Shown: positions 49,392 through 57,775 of the stretch, piece by piece | Position numbering within the stretch: the stretch's first letter is position 1 | How the letters are laid out: every line of letters starts with the position of its first letter | Source of the DNA: an uncultured cyanobacterium | GTDB lineage: Bacteria > Cyanobacteriota > Cyanobacteriia > CAKZMO01 | DNA: 64,000 bases | Reading direction: 5' to 3' | Assembly (NCBI GenBank): GCA_963719515.1 | Contig: CAVRCJ010000015.1 | Span: 32,001-96,000 of the forward strand | Made by a program: the position numbers and the translations under genes | Notes under the pieces: generated by a model | Database searches by the model: none | The model's input: only the letters and a program-made list of their open reading frames with translations | Told to the model about the DNA's origin: nothing

Positions 49392-49808
49392 TTACCGGGA
49401 TCGCCCGTCGAGCCACTGCTGCAAAATTAGGGCGGCGGCCTTGCGGTCGACAGCGGCCTTATTTTGAGAGGGAGACTGGCGGGCCGCTATCATCATCTCC
49501 TCGGCCTCAACCGAGGTCAGCCGCTCATCGACGTACTCTATGGGCAAGTTGAGGGCGGTGCTCAGGCGCTTGGCCAACCGCTGCACCTGCTTTGCCTGCG
49601 AGCCGATTTCCCCATCTAGGGTGTAGGGCAGCCCTACCACCAACACCTCCACCTGACGCTCTGCGGTCAGCTGTTTGAGTAGAGCCACATCTTGGTCAAA
49701 CGAGCGTCTCTCCAAAGTCATTAAGCCGGTCGCCAATAACCCCAGGCGATCGCAGCCCGCGATCCCGATGCGCTTACGGCCAATGTCAAGTCCTAATGCG
49801 GAGACCAC
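49392..49808 (-). CDS. ruvX: Holliday junction resolvase-like RuvX/YqgF
   Basis: ALGLDIGRKRIGIA, VVGLP, VDERLTS.EA and D..AAALILQ.WL. Confidence 0.95.
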   Translation of the reverse strand: MVSALGLDIGRKRIGIAGCDRLGLLATGLMTLERRSFDQDVALLKQLTAERQVEVLVVGLPYTLDGEIGSQAKQVQRLAKRLSTALNLPIEYVDERLTSVEAEEMMIAARQSPSQNKAAVDRKAAALILQQWLDGRSR

Positions 49809-51133
49809 GCCCCGCCCTGCTCACCGCGACCGGTGCCGTAGTCACAGTCCCGTATCACACCCGAAGGATATCTAGAACCGGAATCTTGAGCCTGCTCGCG
49901 CCCGTCAGGAGAAGACGGCTCTGAAGATGGCGCAATGCCGTCCTCTTCGGGAGAAAGCTCTTCAAATAGCGATAGTCGCCCCGGAACGGGTTTGCGGCTG
50001 GGCTGAAGCCCCTGCAAAACTTCGACGAGCTGCAGGTTCTCTAGAGATACCGACTTAGTCTCCCGCATCTTATGCCACACGGAGCGGAACATCATCACCG
50101 TCTGCTGCTCTGGGGTTGCCCCAGTCTGCTTGAGGTAGGTTTCCCGCTCGGGCTGATAGTCAGAAGAGTCAAGCTCCAGCGACTGCTCCGGGTAGCTCTG
50201 CAGCAGCTGCGCCATTTGGGAGAGCAGCTCGGGATAGAGGTAAGTATAGGCGGGGTGAACCGTCAGCTGGGCGCTGTGGGGCTGACTGCCGTCTTTAGAA
50301 ATGCAGAGGTTGAAGTAACCGATGGCGGCTTTGCGCTGGGGCTCAAACACGTAGCCCTTCACGGTTTCTTGCTGAGCCATCAGCCGCTTAATGCTCGACA
50401 CTGCGCCTTGAGCGACACCAATGCTGAAGTCAGCAACATGACGGTCAAAAGCCTGCCGCACCAAAGGCGGCATGGATACGGTGTCGAGCTGATAGAGCAG
50501 TCGGGCGTCGGCGTTGCTCACCGGCCGGAGATTGGGAAGGTTGACGGGACGCTCTGATAAGGTGGCCAGAATCTGTGCGGAAAGGGACCAGTAGGTTTTT
50601 TGGGCTAGGGGCTGAAAGCCGTTGGTGCGATACAGGCCAATGCCGAGCTTATCGTTGACGTCCACCTCAACGAGCCAAATGCGGGCGCGCCAGATGATTT
50701 CCAGGCAGTGGCGCAGCAGCAGGGAGGCTGTATCTGTTGACAGACGCTTGCCCGGCAGCGCTTCAGCGCTAGACGAGCCGCTGTCGCGTTTAGCAAGGGA
50801 AGATCGCAGAGAATTGGTGGCCATGATGCGCTCGACGCGCCAGGTGGTGCTGGTTTTATTGAAGGGGGCAACTTGAACAAACCCTTCTAGCCCCTGCTGC
50901 CCTGCCGCAACGTAGGCGGAAAAGGCGTATTGAAACGGATTTGGAAACAGACTCAGGCACTTTAGAGGGCCATACCATTGGCGCACTAGTTCGAGCTGTT
51001 GCCCAATGCTGGCAGAGCGGCTGTAGCTCTCTGTTTCAAAGCCGCTCTCAGCTCGGATTAACCCATCAATCGCCTCTATATCGCGATAGTGAAGCGACCG
51101 AATCGTGAGGGGCGATTGAGGAGTTGGGGTCAT
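49793..51133 (-). CDS. Cyanobacterial GNAT-family N-acetyltransferase-like protein
   Basis: GNAT motif LYRTNGFQPLA, LLYQLDT..MPPLVRQ.FDR and YVFEPQRKAAIGYF. Lies directly upstream of ruvX. Confidence 0.82.
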   Translation of the reverse strand: MTPTPQSPLTIRSLHYRDIEAIDGLIRAESGFETESYSRSASIGQQLELVRQWYGPLKCLSLFPNPFQYAFSAYVAAGQQGLEGFVQVAPFNKTSTTWRVERIMATNSLRSSLAKRDSGSSSAEALPGKRLSTDTASLLLRHCLEIIWRARIWLVEVDVNDKLGIGLYRTNGFQPLAQKTYWSLSAQILATLSERPVNLPNLRPVSNADARLLYQLDTVSMPPLVRQAFDRHVADFSIGVAQGAVSSIKRLMAQQETVKGYVFEPQRKAAIGYFNLCISKDGSQPHSAQLTVHPAYTYLYPELLSQMAQLLQSYPEQSLELDSSDYQPERETYLKQTGATPEQQTVMMFRSVWHKMRETKSVSLENLQLVEVLQGLQPSRKPVPGRLSLFEELSPEEDGIAPSSEPSSPDGREQAQDSGSRYPSGVIRDCDYGTGRGEQGGAWSPH

Positions 51134-51157
51134 TAGATCACAGTTGAGTCAAGCTGG

Positions 51158-51549
51158 GTGACATCCTCCCGACGCTGACAGCAAGCTGTACAGCGCGGGC
51201 TTCCTCAGTGACTCCCAGCTATTGCCGGGACATATCCTGAGATAGGTTTATACTCCGCCTGATGCCCCACGGCAGAGTTTTGAATTTTCATCTCCGCGAG
51301 GGAGGATACGCACTATGTGTCGCAGATACATTTGCAAACTGAGGAACGGGTGACTTGCAGCTTTCGCCTACGGGCCCGTCACACTCTTTGCGGGGTGTAT
51401 CACCTTGCTATCTCTATCATACCAACTGCTAGCCTCAGCGCTGAGCGCACTATCCGCTGTGCATCATTTTGCGGGCGCACTTCGGCTAGCGCGACTCTCA
51501 TCCCGACGCTCACCCTAGCGGGTAGAGCGCGGGGCTTCCCGTCTAGTCG
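51158..51549 (-). mobile_element. Non-autonomous ~390 bp IS200/IS605 derivative (both ends, no tnpA or tnpB)
   Basis: Minus-strand left end ...GAAGCCCCGCGCTCTAC...AGCGTCGGGATG and right end GAAGCCCGCGCTGTAC...AGCGTCGGGAGGATGTCAC| closely match the ends of the 56261-57680 element. Confidence 0.8.
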
Positions 51550-51641
51550 CTAAACCTTAGCCAAACCACATACTTAGAAGCTAGCACATTTGGCCTTTAC
51601 AGTCTTCTACGCCCTGGCCTTCACCGTCTACGTCCTAAGGC

Positions 51642-52817
51642 TTATTGAGCCGGTCGGATCAAGACCACGGGCGTTTGCTCATCGGCATTGCCCGCCGGGT
51701 TGCTGAGTAGGGCCTCTCGCAACACCGTTTCTGAGAGGTCGGAGGAAGCAGCCAGCACTTTAACAGCCCGCAAATCGTTGACGTCCACGATCGCCGCCGA
51801 CAGGCCGGTTTCCTGCTTAATTTGATCAACAACCCGTTCAGGAGCCTGGGGCCCTAGCACAATGAACTGGTCATAAGGGGGCAGCGTTCCCGTGACGTCG
51901 TCGATTAGACGGGCCTGCTCCCCGGCAAACCGGTAGAATCCGCCGGGGCTCCCGAACACCTTTAGCGCTGACCCGCCGATGAAAGCCGCCATCACCCGCC
52001 AGGCCCCCACAATGTCTACTAGGGCCTGCAGACCGCAGGCGGTCGCCAAGCTTGACGTCGGCATAAAGTAATAGCACAGCCGCTTGGCCACCCACCCCGG
52101 CTTGATCTCGCTAGGATGACGCAAACGCCCCTGCATAATGGCCAGGGGCGTTTCGCCAATAGTGACAATATCGTGGGGCTGGGCGTGGGGGACAACGTAG
52201 CGCTTGACTACTTCTACAGGGTCATCCAGCGGGGAGAGCAGATGAGTGGGAACGGGAAACACCTCTCCAGCCGGGGTTGGCCGTGGGGCTAAAAGGCTGT
52301 CGTGATCGGGGAACGACAGGGGCACGATCACATGCCGCGTCTTGGGGATACGGCCCTCTGGGCCATAGGTGGTGTAGTGGACCTTCACCCAGGCCGATTT
52401 GAGCGATCGCAGATCGCTGCCCTTAATGTCAACGGTGACGGTGAGACCTGTGGTCTTGGCTACTTTAACGATGTAGGCAAACCAATAGCCATCAGGGCGG
52501 GCGTCGGCGTCCGGGTGGTGGGGCTGCACCGTCACCTCATGGGTGACGCCGCTCAGGTCAGTGGCGGCGAGCAGCGTCGCTTCAGCGGTGAGCTGAGGCA
52601 CCATAATTTCCAGGGTGCGGGTTTGGTTTTGCAGCTCCAGGGTCCCCACCAGTTTGTAGTGATCGGGCTCATGGACGGGCAGCTCCCAAGTTCCCAGGGT
52701 CATGGCCAGCTCGTTTCCCGGGCGGCGGCGATACTGCAGCTCAAACGCTATTACGCTTGCGAGCACTACGCCTAGTCCGATAAGAATTGCTCCGATTCCC
52801 GCACCAGCTTGGACCAT
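51642..52817 (-). CDS. F420-0:gamma-glutamyl ligase-like protein
   Basis: IGETPLAIMQGR, PTSSLATACG, ARLIDDVTGTLPPYD, AAIVDVNDL and NPAGNADEQTP. GGGGAG upstream of ATG 52817. Confidence 0.82.
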   Translation of the reverse strand: MVQAGAGIGAILIGLGVVLASVIAFELQYRRRPGNELAMTLGTWELPVHEPDHYKLVGTLELQNQTRTLEIMVPQLTAEATLLAATDLSGVTHEVTVQPHHPDADARPDGYWFAYIVKVAKTTGLTVTVDIKGSDLRSLKSAWVKVHYTTYGPEGRIPKTRHVIVPLSFPDHDSLLAPRPTPAGEVFPVPTHLLSPLDDPVEVVKRYVVPHAQPHDIVTIGETPLAIMQGRLRHPSEIKPGWVAKRLCYYFMPTSSLATACGLQALVDIVGAWRVMAAFIGGSALKVFGSPGGFYRFAGEQARLIDDVTGTLPPYDQFIVLGPQAPERVVDQIKQETGLSAAIVDVNDLRAVKVLAASSDLSETVLREALLSNPAGNADEQTPVVLIRPAQ

Positions 52818-53280
52818 CTCTACTCCCCAAATCCCAGACTCTTTACTCAGCTGCCTATAGACCGCCGACAGTCGCCCCAACAGCGATCGCCACAGCAGGC
52901 TGCGCCATGGCGTACTGTACCATGCCTCGACCTGCTGCTGACCCCACATCAATAGCCGATACATAGCGCTCAATCGTGGGTTTGTAGCGCAAGGTGACGA
53001 AGCATGCAGTACAATCGCTTAATATTGCTTAATAATTAAGAGCAAATTATTTAGCATCCAGGCCAGCTGCTCTAGCCCTACTCTTGATGGCAGTAGCTAT
53101 AGCAAAACAGCGCCCGCTGCGGCAGGCCGGGGCCATCAGCTCACTCAGTACCGCAGGGTATGCCGCAGAGTTAACAGCCTGTTTTTGAGTTTTGCTTTAC
53201 TTTGTAGAGTAGTTTCGTCTAAACCGCTTGAGATTATCACTTACTACATCTTCGCCCGTCGAGGTTTCTAAGGAATCGTA

Positions 53281-54234
53281 ATGAAGCAGCTAATTATCGC
53301 TGAACGTGCCTGTTTAGTAGGTCACCTGATATCCATGGCCTTTGGCTTGGCGGGTCTTCTATTAGTCATGCCTCACCCCGAATTTCTCCAGCAGCTTCCA
53401 GCAGGAGAAGCCATGTTTCGCTGGAGCATGGCCGGGGGAGGAGTTGTATACATTGTGCTGGGAGCAATAGCGGTGGGGCTCTACGCCTACCGTACCCTGG
53501 GCCTACAGAACCTGCTGGTTTTTCTAGTGCCCGCGATCGCCATTTCTCTAGGTAGCGAGCTGTTGGGTACCGGCACCGGCTTTCCCTTTGGGGAGTATAG
53601 CTACCTGAGCGGCTTGGGCTACAAGATTGCCGGTCGCGTGCCGTTTACGATTCCCCTGTCTTGGTTTTACCTGGGGCTATCGTCTTATCTGCTGGCCCGC
53701 AGCGGTCTTGCGCCCCGTCCCAGTGAGATAGGCTCAAAAGCCGCCAATTCCAGTGAAACCGGTGGAGTTTGGCTACGCCAGCTGGGGGCAATCTTCCTGG
53801 GCTCGCTGCTGCTCACCTCTTGGGATTTTGTTCTTGACCCAGCCATGAGCCAAACGGCAATGCCCTTCTGGTATTGGCACCAGCCCGGTCCTTTCTTCGG
53901 GATGCCCTATCAAAATTTTGCGGGCTGGCTAGGCACCGGGATCGTCTTCATCGGCATTGCGGCGCTGCTGTGGCGAGGCCGTGTTGCCATACAGCATCAA
54001 GACCAGCTCACTCTACCTTTAGTGATCTACTTAGGTAACTTTGGTTTTGCCATGGTGATGAGCATGGCGGCAGGCTTCTGGGTCCCCATCCTCTTAGGCC
54101 TTTTGCTGGGGGTGGTGCCCGCAGTGCTCTGTTGGCAGCAGTCTAAATTCAATCTCGCTGGAGGCGTTGGGGTTGAGGCTAAGACGGCCACATCGTCCCT
54201 TCCAGAGCCCGTTGGCCTGAGCGGCAGGCAGTGA
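53281..54234 (+). CDS. cruF: Gamma-carotene 1'-hydroxylase CruF
   Basis: GHLISMAFGLAGLLLV.P.PE, SEL.GT.TGFPFG.Y.Y...LG, VPFTIPLSWFY, WDFVLDPAM and FFGMP.QNFAGW. Confidence 0.9.
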   Translation: MKQLIIAERACLVGHLISMAFGLAGLLLVMPHPEFLQQLPAGEAMFRWSMAGGGVVYIVLGAIAVGLYAYRTLGLQNLLVFLVPAIAISLGSELLGTGTGFPFGEYSYLSGLGYKIAGRVPFTIPLSWFYLGLSSYLLARSGLAPRPSEIGSKAANSSETGGVWLRQLGAIFLGSLLLTSWDFVLDPAMSQTAMPFWYWHQPGPFFGMPYQNFAGWLGTGIVFIGIAALLWRGRVAIQHQDQLTLPLVIYLGNFGFAMVMSMAAGFWVPILLGLLLGVVPAVLCWQQSKFNLAGGVGVEAKTATSSLPEPVGLSGRQ

Positions 54235-54255
54235 TCGCCTTAGCGCCGCTAGTCC

Positions 54256-55452
54256 TTGGAAGCGGAACGCTCCTGGCTGAGTACTCTGGCGATGTTGCTG
54301 CTAGCGGCGCAGATTCCCATGGCGGCGGTCTTACTGTCGCGACTGCTGGAAGGGCCCAGCCGGCTGCCTCCTTTAGCGCCTCGCCCTACCCGCGCAGCGA
54401 TCGCCAATCAAGTTAGCGTTGTTGTCCCGACCCTCAACGAGGCTGAGCGCTTGTCTCCTTGTCTGGCAGGACTCTCTCAGCAGGGGGCTGAGCTGCGGGA
54501 GATTATTGTGGTAGATAGCCGGTCCACCGACGGCACGGTGGCGCTGGTCCAGGCGGCCCAGGCCGCGGAGCCCCGACTGCGGTTAATCACGGACCCCCCC
54601 CTACCTGCGGGCTGGGTAGGGCGTCCTTGGGCGCTGCACAACGGATTTCTTGAAAGCTCCGGGAAAAGCGACTGGGTGTTGGGCGTGGACGCCGACACCG
54701 CCCCGCAGCCCCAGCTGGTGGGTAGCCTCGTGCAGGCGGCGGAGCAGCGGGGCTACGACATGGTATCCCTCTCCCCCCAATTTATTCTCAGCGGACCGGG
54801 AGAGTTTTGGCTACAGCCCGCTCTACTGATGACGCTGATCTACCGGTTTGGCCCCTCAGGAAGCCGCACCGATGACCCAGCGCGGGTGATGGCCAACGGC
54901 CAATGCTTTTTGACGCGGCGATCGCTTTTGGAGCAGCTCGGCGGCTACGAAAGCGCCCGCCGCTCTTTTTGCGATGACGTTACCCTGGCGCGGCAGGCGG
55001 CGAGCGGTGGGGCCAAGGTGGGCTTTTGGGACGGCTCACGGCTTTTGAAGGTGCGGATGTACGACGGGGTTGCTGAGCTGTGGCGGGAGTGGGGGCGATC
55101 GCTCGACCTAAAGGACGCAGCCACCCCGCAGCAAACCTGGGGTGACGTGGGCTTTTTGGCGGCGGTGCAGGGCCTTCCCCTACCGACCTGCCTACTCTTT
55201 GGAGCTGCCTGGCTAGTGGGGGCGCGATCGCCCGTCTGCGGGGCGGTATTAGGCCTCAACGCAGGGCTGCTCCTAAGCCGTGTAGCGCTGCTGTGGGCAA
55301 TCGCGCCTTCCTACGACAAAGCGAACGCTAAGGGGCGCTGGGCATTCTGGCTCTCGCCGCTAGCGGATCCGCTGGCGGTGGTGCGCATCGCCCTGTCAGC
55401 GGCCCGTAGACCCAAGCAATGGCGATCGCGTCAGTACGACGAGTTTGGATGA
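54256..55452 (+). CDS. cruG: Carotenoid 2'-O-glycosyltransferase CruG (GT2)
   Basis: VVVPTLNEA, VVDSRSTDGT, PLP.GWVGRPWAL, DADT, MANGQCF and SFCDDVTLAR. Follows cruF. Start uncertain. Confidence 0.88.
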   Translation: MEAERSWLSTLAMLLLAAQIPMAAVLLSRLLEGPSRLPPLAPRPTRAAIANQVSVVVPTLNEAERLSPCLAGLSQQGAELREIIVVDSRSTDGTVALVQAAQAAEPRLRLITDPPLPAGWVGRPWALHNGFLESSGKSDWVLGVDADTAPQPQLVGSLVQAAEQRGYDMVSLSPQFILSGPGEFWLQPALLMTLIYRFGPSGSRTDDPARVMANGQCFLTRRSLLEQLGGYESARRSFCDDVTLARQAASGGAKVGFWDGSRLLKVRMYDGVAELWREWGRSLDLKDAATPQQTWGDVGFLAAVQGLPLPTCLLFGAAWLVGARSPVCGAVLGLNAGLLLSRVALLWAIAPSYDKANAKGRWAFWLSPLADPLAVVRIALSAARRPKQWRSRQYDEFG

Positions 55453-55520
55453 TACACGGGCCGCGCGGACAGAGCTGCACTCTGCTCCGTAAAACTGGAA
55501 CGTTTCAGGTCAGCAAAGCC

Positions 55521-55549
55521 AAAAAAAAAGAGGGAGATTCCTCTCCCTC
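55521..55549 (-). terminator. Intrinsic terminator for the 56030 gene
   Basis: Minus strand GAGGGAGA-GGAA-TCTCCCTC followed by T9. Confidence 0.85.
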
Positions 55550-55634
55550 CATCGCATTCATTCACCTGTTAACCCCATCGTAATAATTGGGGCGATGGGG
55601 TGAGCTAGGGCCTGTGCCAGTCTTTCAACAGCCC

Positions 55635-56030
55635 CTAGCCCTTGCGAATGTCTTTAGCCATGTCGCGGAACATATCCATCCCTTTGTCGGGCTTGCGTCG
55701 CTCTGAAGCCGTGAAGCTGTTGGATCCTGTGGACGAATTGCTAGGGGCGCTGAATTTGGGCGTTGACGGAGTGGAAGACTGAGATGGCGCTGCGGTGGAG
55801 TCGCTGCTGCCGTTGCCCCATTTCTCGGAAGAAACCTCGCTGATGCGGGGACCGCCCTTAGGAAACGTACGCTTTATCGCCTTAGTCGTCCGCATGTAGT
55901 CAATGTCGCCATAGGTCTTAGCGGAATCGGCGTCTAGGAAATAGGCTCCGCTGTCGCCGGGAGTTGCGGTACTGCCTGCGTCGGTTTCGGCCTTTCTGGA
56001 ACCAAACAGACCTCGAATAAATCCTGTCAT
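55635..56030 (-). CDS. Conserved cyanobacterial hypothetical protein
   Basis: GFIRGLFG, AYFLDAD.AKT.GDIDYMR...IKRTFP and RR.D..MDMFR.MAK.I; has its own terminator. Confidence 0.78.
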   Translation of the reverse strand: MTGFIRGLFGSRKAETDAGSTATPGDSGAYFLDADSAKTYGDIDYMRTTKAIKRTFPKGGPRISEVSSEKWGNGSSDSTAAPSQSSTPSTPKFSAPSNSSTGSNSFTASERRKPDKGMDMFRDMAKDIRKG

Positions 56031-56260
56031 TGTTTTGTGAGATTGCTGAGTATGAAACGTCTGGAAAGTGCATTCGTGGGAAATGCATCAATTATTAATA
56101 AGTATTACAAATGTTAAGACTCCTGACAACGCTGTCTCAGGAAAAAACCTCAAGTTGCTCTCCGCCCGACACCACCCCAACCCGGTAGCGTCTTCAGCTG
56201 TTCGAGCGCGCGCTAGACAGAACCCCACCATCTCCCTTAAGCTTTAATGCACTCATTTAG

Positions 56261-57680
56261 CTAGTTCGTGAAAGCCCCGCGCTGTACTCGGAGAGTCAGC
56301 GTCGGGATGTAAGCGAGCGAGTCACAGACGAGCATTTCTAGGGAGTAGCACTGCCCTTCCTAGAAATGCTACAATTGAGGTATGTTGACCTTGAACTACT
56401 CCTACCGAATTTATCCGTCTCTTGAGCAGGAAGCCCGCATGGTCTGTTGGCTTGAGATTTGTCGCGGCATCTATAACTATGCGCTGCGTGAACGCAAGGA
56501 CTGGATAAAGTCGAGAAGCTGCGTAGCTAATACCTGCTCGCTTCAATCGGAGTACATCATTGCGGCAAACGCGCCATATCCCGGTTACTACGACCAAAAG
56601 CGATCGCTGACGGCTGCTAAGAGAGTGCTTCCCCACCTGAAAGAAGTGCAGTCGCAGGTTCTTCAAGACGTTATAGGGCGGGTAGAAGCAGCGTTTGCGG
56701 CTAGGAAGGAGAGAGGTCACGGTTTCCCGCGCTTCAAGAAGTTTGGACAGTACCGCTCGTTCCTCTTTCCGCAGTTCAAGGAAAACCCGGTGACGGGCAG
56801 CCAAATCAAGCTGCCTAAGCTGGGCACGATGCGCATCGTTCTGCACCGCCCTATCCCTGATGGATTCAAAGTGAAAGACGGTGCGCGTCATCAAAAAGCA
56901 TTCGGGGTGGTACGCTACCCTATGCATTCAAGCCGATGTCAATGTGCCTGATGCTGTTCCCTATGGGGAGAGTATCGGCATTGACGTAGGGCTTGAATAC
57001 TTTCTGTCCACTTCCAACGGCTTGCAGGTAGAGCGCCCGCGCTTTTTCGGTAAGCTGCACCGCAAGCTTAAATTGCTGCAACGCAGACTGAAGAATAAGC
57101 AGCGGGGCTCGAATAACCGCGCCAAGCTGATTGGAAGGATTGGACGGGTACATGAGCAGATAGCAGCATGTCGCCTTGACTGGCAATTCAAGCTGGCCCA
57201 CAAGCTGTGTGACCAAGCCCAGATCATCTTCGTAGAAGACCTTGACTTTCGCATCATGGCGAAAGGGATGCTGGGTAAACACACTCTTGATGCTGGCTTG
57301 GGGCAGTTCATAAACCAGGTCTTGCCGTGGGTGTGCTTCAAGCGCGGCGTCTATTACGGCAAGGTTGACGCTTATGGTACTTCTCAGGAGTGCCCAGACT
57401 GCGGCGCTGTGGTCAAAAAATCGTGGGGCGATCGCGTTCATCGGTGTCATGAATGTGGGTCGCTCAAGCCGAGGGATATTGCCGCTGCTCAAGTCATCAA
57501 CGCCCGTGGAATTTCGGGTATTCAAATTGCCTGTGGAGCCGAGGTAGCGGGGATGTGGGAAGCCATATCTAGCCAACTGGCCCAGAAGCAGGAAACTCAT
57601 CGGGTGACCGATGAAGCCCGCGCTCTATCCGTAGGATGTTCGCAAAGCGCTTCCGCAGGAAGAACGTCGGGAGTATTCAC
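56261..57680 (+). mobile_element. IS200/IS605-family tnpB-only element
   Basis: Left end after TTTAG: CTAGTTCGTGAAAGCCCCGCGCTGTAC...AGCGTCGGGATG. Right end GAAGCCCGCGCTCTA...ACGTCGGGAGTATTCAC|. Left boundary approximate. Confidence 0.82.
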
Positions 57681-57693
57681 TCCGCTTATCTAA
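56382..57693 (+). pseudogene. tnpB: TnpB split by a one-base frameshift near 56874-56880
   Basis: The N-half (YSYRIYP...YNYALRERKDW, GFPRFKK) joins the C-half (GIDVG, FVEDL, CPDC...CHEC, PRDIAAA) if one A is removed from GTGAAAGACG, giving KVKTVRVIKKHSGWY. Confidence 0.88.
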
Positions 57694-57775
57694 TCTGCTT
57701 TGCCGATCTGACAGCTTTGTTGCTAGATCCCCTGGGCAGCGCCTCGGCCCGCCTACCGAAACTTCTGCTACGGCT

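Noticed and set aside
51204..51335. Short (~28 aa) minus-strand ORFs inside the IS605 mini-element
   Set aside because: They are too short and more simply explained as a leftover tnpB tail overlapping the RNA scaffold.
56095..56120. HLR1/RpaB-like direct repeats upstream of the 56030 gene
   Set aside because: Only one good TTACAAA half-site with irregular spacing in AT-rich DNA; too weak to call.
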